A DNA stretch of 32,000 nt from Candidatus Iainarchaeum sp. (GCA_030688545.1 JAUYHT010000006.1:210001-242000); one strand, 5' to 3'; counted from the stretch's first letter, positions 16,061-22,590 are shown. The notes: generated by a model not told the origin, from the letters alone. Numbers and translations: made by a program.

Positions 16061-16200
16061 CTAATAAATTATAGTCCCGCCTCCCGGACTTGCGACCTGG
16101 GAATTTCCGGTCTTTTGGAATACAGGTTCGGCTTCTGCCTCACTATGAGTGTATTTAGTGCAGTTTATGCTATTCGACTGACTCATCTTATCTTTCCCAA
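16061..16200 (-). repeat. ICR copy I (proximal part; 41-aa micro-ORF 16061-16186)
   Basis: GGGAAAGATAAG-ATG, then MSQSNSINCTKYTHSEAEAEPVFQKTGNSQVASPGGGTIIY*. Core agtcccgcctcccggact is at 16073-16090. The distal spacer and L arm are absent. Confidence 0.85.
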
Positions 16201-16217
16201 GCTTCCGGCAGTTTCTA

Positions 16218-16403
16218 TTATGTTAATAGTTTTTCAATTGCATAGCCGCCCACATAGTCTTCTTTTGTCAGAGGATTAGGTATCCCCCTTCGCTTGAGCT
16301 CATCCATCATTTCCCAAATACTTATCCCAGCCATCTCCGCGGCCCTTCCTATGCTCACTTTGCTTTCGGAGTATTGCTTGACCGCTTTTTCTAGATTATT
16401 CAT
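16218..16403 (-). CDS. UPF0175 family antitoxin-like protein
   Basis: 61 aa. KVSIGRAAEMAGISIWEMMDELKRRGIP is the UPF0175 HTH signature. It overlaps the HicA stop by 4 nt. Confidence 0.7.
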   Translation of the reverse strand: MNNLEKAVKQYSESKVSIGRAAEMAGISIWEMMDELKRRGIPNPLTKEDYVGGYAIEKLLT

Positions 16404-16630
16404 AGTTTCTCAACTAACTTATAGAATTCTTCTTTTTCCATTTTCAATCCTTTTTTGATAATCTTATCTCGAATTCCCGTTCCAACGGGTTCGTTTCCAT
16501 GAATGGGGATGGTCAGCACCCTTCCATCCGCATGTTCAAACTGATGATGACTTCCTTTAACTCTTTTTTCAGTAAACCCAAGCTTGATGACAATCTTGGC
16601 TAACTCTTTGCCGGAAAAGACTTTGGACAA
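16400..16630 (-). CDS. hicA: HicA family toxin
   Basis: 76 aa with GKELAKIVIKLGFTEKRVKGSHHQFEHADGRVLTIPIHGNEPV. Confidence 0.8.
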   Translation of the reverse strand: MSKVFSGKELAKIVIKLGFTEKRVKGSHHQFEHADGRVLTIPIHGNEPVGTGIRDKIIKKGLKMEKEEFYKLVEKL

Positions 16631-16635
16631 AGTCG

Positions 16636-16866
16636 TTACACCTCAACGACTTGCAATCCTACAAACCGAGAGGATGAAACTTCATGCTCATTATTACGTT
16701 CCAGACAAAGTTCAATTACTTCCTTAATCCGCTTCAATAATTCATCCATTGTTTTGGCCTGGGTGTAGCACCCTTCCAACTCAGGAACTTCCCCCACAAG
16801 CCAACCCTCGTCGTCTTTTTCAATAACCATCGTAAAGGTCCGTTTAGCCATTTTTTCGTTTGTCAT
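16636..16866 (-). CDS. hicB: HicB/UPF0150 family antitoxin
   Basis: 76 aa with FTMVIEKDDEGWLVGEVPELEGCYTQAKTMDELLKRIKEVIELCLE. Confidence 0.8.
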   Translation of the reverse strand: MTNEKMAKRTFTMVIEKDDEGWLVGEVPELEGCYTQAKTMDELLKRIKEVIELCLERNNEHEVSSSRFVGLQVVEV

Positions 16867-16906
16867 AGTATGACTCTCCAGTTACAGAATAAAACCTTTT
16901 CTTATG

Positions 16907-17085
16907 AAAACCGCCAAAAAACGTTTATTTGTCCGGCGGGACGAAACCGAAGGTTGAGTCTGTGAATAGAATTAGTCCCGCCTCCCGGACTTGCACCGGG
17001 GATCTTTCTTTGAATACAGGCTCGGCTGCTGCATCGCTTATCTTTGCTAAACTCTAACACACCTTTTGGTGCAGATAGTGAATTA
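16907..17085 (-). repeat. ICR copy J (best-preserved full-length copy)
   Basis: aaaaccgccaaaaaacg, L arm gtccggcgggac (16931-16942), spacer gaaaccgaaggttgagtctgtgaatagaatt, core agtcccgcctcccggact (16974-16991), then tgcaccggggatctttctttgaatacaggctcggctgctgcatcgc and ggtgcagatagtg. Confidence 0.9.
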
Positions 17086-17111
17086 TAAAGAAATATAGCG
17101 TTCGTTATGCA

Positions 17112-17963
17112 ATGAAAAGCACATACAAAAGAATTGGCGCTAGCATTCATACACGGTGGAGAACTTGGAGAAAAGCGCAGAGGCGGAAAGAAGCGATACA
17201 AGTTGGTTCAAAAATTGGGGAAGGAGCACAAGGAGTTATTCGTAGGGGACAATTTTTTCGGAATGAACGTTCACGTCCGATGATAGTAAAAAGATTCAAG
17301 GGAACACCAAGAACGGCAAATCATGAAGCCGTTTCCTCCTACTATCACCTGAAATTATTACATCAACTAGGATTTCCAACTACCCCCTTTTTTCATCTTT
17401 TTCGCGATCCTAGCAATAAAGCCTTTTCGTTAATGTTGAGTGATTTAACACGAAGACGAAACGGTGAAGAATACAATATTGTCCACGATTTACAAGAAAT
17501 ACAAGACGAGAACTATCGCAATTTAACCACCAAAGGGATGCATCCTAAAGACCTCACTGAAAGAACTATGCACTATTTTGTTAAGGGAAAGGACAGAATG
17601 ATTAGTAATCCAGATGAGATTGATAAGCAAATACAAGAACTTAATAGTAAAGCCAGTAAGATTGGTATTACGCTTGGTAGAGAAGCATTTGTGGTTGTTG
17701 TGAATAACAAAACAAGACATGGACATGTTGTTATAAATGATGTAGCTGAAACAAATATTCCACAAAAATTATTCCCGGAAAACTTTATTCGAAAAGAGCA
17801 CAGAAAAGATTTTTTTAATTTGAGAACAAATTGGAATTCAGCTTTTGAAAATGCTGTTATTATCGCTCTTAGTTTTCCAATAAGCGTACCTTTCCTAATT
17901 TATGAAAAAATTAATGAACAAATAATCGAGTACCGCTATAGACGGGAAAAAAAAGGAAAATAG
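17112..17963 (+). CDS. Hypothetical protein, possibly a divergent protein-kinase-like fold
   Basis: 283 aa. It has a glycine-loop-like IGEGAQGVI followed by PMIVKRFKG (VAIK-like Lys), and later RHGHVVINDVAE (a possible catalytic-loop analogue). Weak motif-level evidence only. Confidence 0.4.
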   Translation: MKSTYKRIGASIHTRWRTWRKAQRRKEAIQVGSKIGEGAQGVIRRGQFFRNERSRPMIVKRFKGTPRTANHEAVSSYYHLKLLHQLGFPTTPFFHLFRDPSNKAFSLMLSDLTRRRNGEEYNIVHDLQEIQDENYRNLTTKGMHPKDLTERTMHYFVKGKDRMISNPDEIDKQIQELNSKASKIGITLGREAFVVVVNNKTRHGHVVINDVAETNIPQKLFPENFIRKEHRKDFFNLRTNWNSAFENAVIIALSFPISVPFLIYEKINEQIIEYRYRREKKGK

Positions 17964-18009
17964 TGAAGATGACACAAGAAAGCGGGAACGATTGATGAAA
18001 GACCAAAAG

Positions 18010-18130
18010 TGTCCGCCGTAAAAAAAGTTAACATTCATTGTCCGACGAGACAGCCCGATGTGTGAGAGTTTGAGGTATAGTCCCGCCTCCCGGACTTGCA
18101 CCGGGGATCTTCCGGTCTACAGCCGGACGC
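18010..18130 (-). repeat. ICR copy K (terminal copy at the GC-rich boundary)
   Basis: gtccgccgtaaaaaaag, L arm gtccgacgagac (18040-18051), spacer, core agtcccgcctcccggact (18079-18096), then tgcaccggggatcttccggtc. Confidence 0.85.
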
Positions 18131-18133
18131 ATT

Positions 18134-18375
18134 AGCTACTATGCTAAGGCGGGAACTCTTCCCATCTCAGTTATCGCGAGCCTTTTCCAAAAAGGCTCAG
18201 CTACTCTACCAAGGCGGGAACCCTTTCCGCACTCACTTTTTTGATCACCTTTTTTTCTAAAAAGGTCACCTTTTTGATCAACCTTTTTTTCTAAAAGGTC
18301 ACCTTTTTGATCAACCTTTTTTCTAAAAAGGTTGAGCTACTTTGGTAAGGCGGAAATCTTAATTAACTCCATACA
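18134..18375. repeat. Hairpin-repeat cluster B (3 'agctact...aaggcggga' units, 1 isolated hairpin, 3 tandem 33-bp hairpin units)
   Basis: Units are at 18134-18169, 18199-18235 and 18335-18375. Hairpin gagccttttccaaaaaggctc is at 18178-18198. Tandem units tttttgatca(c/a)cttttttt-ctaaaa(a)ggt.. are at 18237-18270, 18271-18303 and 18304-18336. Confidence 0.85.
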
Positions 18376-18741
18376 CCGAACAAGGGGACTCGAAAAGATT
18401 TGCCGAGTCAGAGTGGTATTGCGAAGCAATACCACGACCCCGAACGACCATATGGAATTTGGTCCGGCAAAAGGATTGGGTCCAGAAAAGCCTTTTAATA
18501 GGGCGGGGAAAAAACCCTGCGTGATTCTGGATTAAGGGTTTTGAGAGGGGATATGGAAAAGGGAGGATTTGGATATTTAGAGTAAGGATAAGGATCCCCT
18601 CTTCTTTCCCATTGCCCACATAACCCCCTAGGTTCACGGACGAAAATGCCTTCCGTCGATTGTTTAATTTCGATTCGTCGCGGGGTGAAGGCTTATATTG
18701 GGATTGCTTTTCCCTCCCGCCATACCTGGGGAGGTATTTCA

Positions 18742-19860
18742 ATGGGGTTTCTTCGCCATAGCCTAATGGTCCTTTTCGTGATAGGATTAGCTATTCCTGC
18801 TTTTTCGCTGGCCGACGATTTCTCGTCGTATGCCTCCCATTACCGGGTTTTGGATAATACATCCCCCCAGGGGTGGGTGCCGGCGTATGATGCCATTTCT
18901 ATTCAATCCGATTCCTTGCATAAAAATGGAGACGCGGCCTTCCGCACCAATGTGGATGTTTCCCGCCATTCCAGTCAACGGGCCTCGGTGCATACGAATC
19001 TATCGTCCCAGAATCTAGGTGTTTACAAGAACCGCGGGGGCATGATGTATTTGTGGTTCAAGCCCTCGGTGGCCACTCATCTCACCGATATTCGTGTCCG
19101 CCTGGGCAGCGATGCGTCCAATTATTTCGAATACATTACCACTCAGCCATACAACATCTCTTATTTCGTGGGCGCGCAATTGGTGCCCTTCGATCTGGAG
19201 GCCCCCTCCTCGGTCGTTGGAAGGCCCTCCATCCAGGATATTCGTCGGGTGCAGGTGCTCGTGTATTATACAGCCGCCCAACCTGATTTCGCGTTCACCA
19301 TCAACCAAATCTGGGTGGAGAAGGGCGGGAATGCCTTCGGCGCCAATTGGGTCGTGCCTTTTTTTGGCGGGCGCCCGGATGGGTGGGCTCTCCCATACGT
19401 TTCCATGTGGAATAATGGCATGTCCCTCACTGACAATGATATCTTGTCCCTGGGTCACCATGGGAGGGTGTTTTATAGGCGTGAGGATTCGTCCAATAAA
19501 TCCGCTTTCACCGTGGAGACGGATGTGAAAATAGTAAATGCGGCCTGGGGTAGCCGGTTGTTCTTCGATTTCATCGATGGGTTCAATTTCTCTGGGGTTT
19601 TCCTGACCAACCAATGGCAGAAGGCGGGAATTGAGTATTGGCAGAATGGCGTTCGTTCCTATCGCCAAATCCCTTTTACAATAATCCCAGGGCAGACCTA
19701 CCGCGTCAAGTACGAGGTGAATAACCGCATCGTGAAGTTGTTCATCAATGGGGCCTATCTATTATCGTATACTCTCCCCTCCCGGCGCACCGGAGAATTG
19801 GGGATGGAATCGTTTCAGGGTACCTCCCATTTCTCGGCGTTCAATTTCCTCCCCGCTTAG
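18742..19860 (+). CDS. Secreted protein, C-terminal concanavalin-A-like/LamG (DUF1080-like) domain suspected
   Basis: GGAGGT lies 8 nt upstream of the ATG at 18742. Signal peptide is MGFLRHSLMVLFVIGLAIPAFSLA. The C-terminal part (FTVETDVKIV...YRVKYEVNNRIVKLFINGAYLLSY) fits a jelly-roll lectin-type pattern. The track ORF start at 18646 is probably too far upstream. Confidence 0.6.
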   Translation: MGFLRHSLMVLFVIGLAIPAFSLADDFSSYASHYRVLDNTSPQGWVPAYDAISIQSDSLHKNGDAAFRTNVDVSRHSSQRASVHTNLSSQNLGVYKNRGGMMYLWFKPSVATHLTDIRVRLGSDASNYFEYITTQPYNISYFVGAQLVPFDLEAPSSVVGRPSIQDIRRVQVLVYYTAAQPDFAFTINQIWVEKGGNAFGANWVVPFFGGRPDGWALPYVSMWNNGMSLTDNDILSLGHHGRVFYRREDSSNKSAFTVETDVKIVNAAWGSRLFFDFIDGFNFSGVFLTNQWQKAGIEYWQNGVRSYRQIPFTIIPGQTYRVKYEVNNRIVKLFINGAYLLSYTLPSRRTGELGMESFQGTSHFSAFNFLPA

Positions 19861-19918
19861 ATGATGAGTCGGGGAATGCCCCTAATCCCTTATAAGCCTG
19901 TTTTCCCACCCTTCGGAT

Positions 19919-20524
19919 ATGACCCCTATCCGCATCACCTTCGACCGTTCCAAATGCATTGCAGCCAAATCCTGTGTGAGCGCCGATCCTAATACCTTCG
20001 GTTTCGATGACACCGCTCAGAAGGCTATTCTCCGACATGGAACCCCCGCCGGGAATGATCTTTTTTCCCGCGTGATAGAAGGGGATGATCCCATGATTCG
20101 TCGGGCGATGGATGCGGCCGCTTCCTGCCCCGTGAATGCATTCAAGGTGGAGAATGTTTCCTCCGGGGACGTTTTGGTGACGGATAAGCTGGACACGCAG
20201 GGGGTTAAAGAGGTGCGGGCGACGTATGATGATGCCCGCGATTTTCGTCTCGATGAGAAGGGCTATTTCCTCCTCCGCACCATCCCCGAAAAAGACGAAT
20301 TGGAAGTCGGCTTCTGCACCTCCAAAAATAGGATGGTGCTAAAAGTGGTGGGCCAGACCCCTATTGCGGTATACCATGCCCTGGCTCAGCAGGATTTGGG
20401 GTTACGTCCCGAGCACTATGCCTATCTGGGTAGGGAACTAGAAAAGGCCTACCATTGCCTTCGAATGGGTTTGGCGTATGTGCAGGATGACGAGCTCCAC
20501 ACTATGAGGCCATTAAAAAAATAG
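19919..20524 (+). CDS. Ferredoxin-like domain fused to DUF4346-like domain
   Basis: N-terminus IRITFDRSKCIAAKSCVSADPNTF...AAASCPVNAFKV has the single-cluster ferredoxin pattern. C-terminus LDEKGYFLLR...EHYAYLGRELEKAYHCLRMGLAYVQDDEL matches my recollection of the DUF4346 signature (HAAYLGRELxKAE...YVQD). Confidence 0.6.
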   Translation: MTPIRITFDRSKCIAAKSCVSADPNTFGFDDTAQKAILRHGTPAGNDLFSRVIEGDDPMIRRAMDAAASCPVNAFKVENVSSGDVLVTDKLDTQGVKEVRATYDDARDFRLDEKGYFLLRTIPEKDELEVGFCTSKNRMVLKVVGQTPIAVYHALAQQDLGLRPEHYAYLGRELEKAYHCLRMGLAYVQDDELHTMRPLKK

Positions 20525-20554
20525 GCCTAAATAGGCGTCCCGTGTTAGGATAGG

Positions 20555-21643
20555 ATGCCAAATCCCTTTCCAACCAGAAAACTCCTGCGTTGGTTCGCCA
20601 CGCACCAGCGCCCTCTTCCCTGGAGAAAGACCTACAACCCTTACCAGGTCTGGGTGTCCGAGGTCATGGCCCAGCAGACGCAGATAAAGCAGATGCTTCC
20701 TTTCTATGAAAGATTCATGAAACGATTTCCCTCCCTCCGCGCATTGGCGGATGCCGATTCCCAGGACGTATTGAAAGCCTGGGAGGGGTTGGGGTATTAT
20801 TCCCGCGCGCGGAACCTGCACGCCGCCGCTCGAACCGTGATGAAGGAAAAAAAGGGGGTGTTTCCCACATCCAAAAATGACCTCCTCCAACTCCAGGGAT
20901 GTGGACCCTATATCGCTTCCGCCGTGGCCAGTATTGCCTTTAGGGAAGATGTGCCCGTGGTGGATGGGAATGTATTGCGGGTCATGTCCCGCGTCTGGGG
21001 GGATACGCGGGATGTCACCCTTTCCCAGACGAAAATCCATTTCGAACGGAAGTTAATAGAAATCCTTCCCCACGGTCAGGCACGGGCGTTCAACCAGGCG
21101 TTGATGGAAGTGGGGGCTCTGATTTGCACCCCCGAAAAACCCGCTTGTGGCGCTTGCCCGTTACATTCGGGATGCACAGCCTATGCCAATGGCACGCAAA
21201 ACCGATTCCCGGTGAAATCCAAAAAGAAGAAACCCGTGTCGCGCATTTTTGCAGGGGTGGTCATCCGAGAAAAGGATCAGTTTCTTCTCATTCAGCGTCA
21301 TGAAGCCTTATTGAAAGGTCTCTGGGAGTTTCCCACCATTCCCTATGCTCCGTTAACCCAATCCATATCGGATATTGAGGAAAATTTCCTTGCCAACGGC
21401 TTTCCGGTTATTCTGAGTGACCGGTTGGGAACCGTAAAACACGTCTATTCGCATTTCACCCAGCACGTGCACGTATTTTCCGGCCGCCCGATTGGAAAAG
21501 CCATTCAGGGGCACTGGGTTCCGGTGGCCCATTTGGAAAAAAAACCTTTTTCAGGGGTCCAACAGAAGATGTTCAACCTCATTTTTTCGCCGGTTGCCAA
21601 TTCAGAAACTTCTGCCTCCCAGCAAAGATCTACCGCGCGATGA
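20555..21643 (+). CDS. mutY: A/G-specific adenine DNA glycosylase MutY
   Basis: LPWRKTYNPYQVWVSEVMAQQTQI, HhH-GPD GLGYYSRARNLH, Fe-S cluster loop CTPEKPACGACPLHSGC, and a C-terminal Nudix-like (MutT-like) domain. Confidence 0.85.
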   Translation: MPNPFPTRKLLRWFATHQRPLPWRKTYNPYQVWVSEVMAQQTQIKQMLPFYERFMKRFPSLRALADADSQDVLKAWEGLGYYSRARNLHAAARTVMKEKKGVFPTSKNDLLQLQGCGPYIASAVASIAFREDVPVVDGNVLRVMSRVWGDTRDVTLSQTKIHFERKLIEILPHGQARAFNQALMEVGALICTPEKPACGACPLHSGCTAYANGTQNRFPVKSKKKKPVSRIFAGVVIREKDQFLLIQRHEALLKGLWEFPTIPYAPLTQSISDIEENFLANGFPVILSDRLGTVKHVYSHFTQHVHVFSGRPIGKAIQGHWVPVAHLEKKPFSGVQQKMFNLIFSPVANSETSASQQRSTAR

Positions 21644-21707
21644 GGAAAACGTTGATACCATGGAATGTTTCGTGGTGAAGGCGGCGAACCCCCGATATTC
21701 TCTTTGA

Positions 21708-22088
21708 ATGGAGCCTCTTTTTCCATTTACTTTCCATCGTTTAGGAGCAGGCTTCTTTAATATTAGCGTTCCTCCCATACCCATGCCACATGGGGAAGAT
21801 CGGGTGTTCATGCGGGCGCTCCGCCTCGCATTGCTCGCCAGTCGAGGTGGGGGAATGCGGGGGCGCATCCTGGTGACTTTGGCTAAACAACCCTTGAATC
21901 CATTGGCATTGGCCAAGCAGTTGGGGGTGGATTACAAAACGTCCTTGTACCATTTGGAAAAGCTCCAGAAACAGAACCTCGTACTCAAGAAAGGCGATGG
22001 GTATGGCGCAGTGTACGTGGTGACATTCACTCCCGACCAGGAAGCCATCTTCCGGGGTATGGTAAGCGACATGGGAGAATCCTTATAA
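21708..22088 (+). CDS. Winged-helix (ArsR-like) transcriptional regulator
   Basis: GRILVTLAKQPLNPLALAKQLGVDYKTSLYHLEKLQKQNLVLKK is a wHTH recognition pattern. The start is uncertain: ATGs at 21783 or 21810 would give a more typical protein of 92-101 aa. Confidence 0.6.
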   Translation: MEPLFPFTFHRLGAGFFNISVPPIPMPHGEDRVFMRALRLALLASRGGGMRGRILVTLAKQPLNPLALAKQLGVDYKTSLYHLEKLQKQNLVLKKGDGYGAVYVVTFTPDQEAIFRGMVSDMGESL

Positions 22089-22111
22089 CACGCGAGGAAG
22101 AGGAATAGACT

Positions 22112-22399
22112 ATGGAAGAATTCATGATGTTCACCCTTTACCTTGAAGGGCTCAACGCCCTTCTCCTCCTGGGATTAGGGAGCATCTATTGGCAGAACTA
22201 CCGCGCCCTCCCCACCCTGGTGGGGGCGGGGTTGTTGGTATTTTCCCTCATCCTCCTGCTCCAGAATGGAGCCGGGATTTTTCTCCATTTCACGGGGGGA
22301 GAATTATATGGCGCCATGGCCGCCACCCACGTTTTCGTGTTGAAGCTCATCGAAACCCTGGCCCTGGCCTTCCTGGCGTATTCCGCGTGGAAGGAATGA
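22112..22399 (+). CDS. Small membrane protein (3 TM) downstream of the wHTH regulator
   Basis: 95 aa with hydrophobic helices LNALLLLGLGSIYW, LVGAGLLVFSLILLL and VFVLKLIETLALAFLAYSAW. Confidence 0.5.
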   Translation: MEEFMMFTLYLEGLNALLLLGLGSIYWQNYRALPTLVGAGLLVFSLILLLQNGAGIFLHFTGGELYGAMAATHVFVLKLIETLALAFLAYSAWKE

Positions 22400-22436
22400 C
22401 CACTTATTCCCAATCAAATGGTGGGCGAAATGGTAG

Positions 22437-22590
22437 CGCCTCTTTTTTCTAAAAAGAGCCGTTTTGATCAATCCTTTTCATAAAAAGGGCCCGTTTTTTG
22501 ATCGAATTGTTTTCTAAAAAGGAGTCGTTTTTTGATCGAACTTTTTTTTAAAAAGTTCGTTTTCTAAAAAGCCCAAATGGGGATAATTCA
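22437..22590. repeat. Hairpin-repeat cluster C (about 4.5 tandem units of roughly 33 bp plus conserved tail)
   Basis: Units are ctcttttttctaaaaagag (22440-22458), gttttgatcaatccttttcataaaaagggccc, gttttttgatcgaattgttttctaaaaaggagtc and gttttttgatcgaacttttttttaaaaagttc. The tail gttttctaaaaagcccaaatggggataatt (22559-22588) is homologous to 4233-4259. Confidence 0.85.

Noticed and set aside
7746-16186. N-x-T/S triplets in the micro-ORF peptides as N-glycosylation sequons of secreted peptides
   Set aside because: The peptides have no signal sequence or TM segment. The triplets may simply reflect the conserved AAYTRYACY nucleotide block. This cannot be evaluated from sequence alone.
16902-17201. 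Track ORFs 16902-17201 (99 aa), 13289-13540 (83 aa) and 17895-18101 (68 aa) as genes
   Set aside because: They run through the inter-cassette repeat copies. Their conserved pieces (for example ...IPGASPGGGTNS...) are just the repeat read in one frame, the remainder is low-complexity, and they overlap neighbouring real genes.
6969-18130. Canonical integron (IntI + attI + attC with RYYYAAC...GTTRRRY)
   Set aside because: The architecture fits, but no integrase or tyrosine recombinase ORF is in the window. I found only one incidental GCCTAAC (15388-15394) and no paired core sites. Gene-proximal repeat junctions are variable. It is kept as an 'integron-like' hypothesis only.
18237-18336. Possible CRISPR array (regular repeats of about 33 bp here and at 22437-22574)
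   Set aside because: Units are directly head-to-tail with no unique spacers of 25-40 bp. The repeats are A/T-homopolymer hairpins and no cas genes are present. This is a tandem hairpin repeat, not CRISPR.
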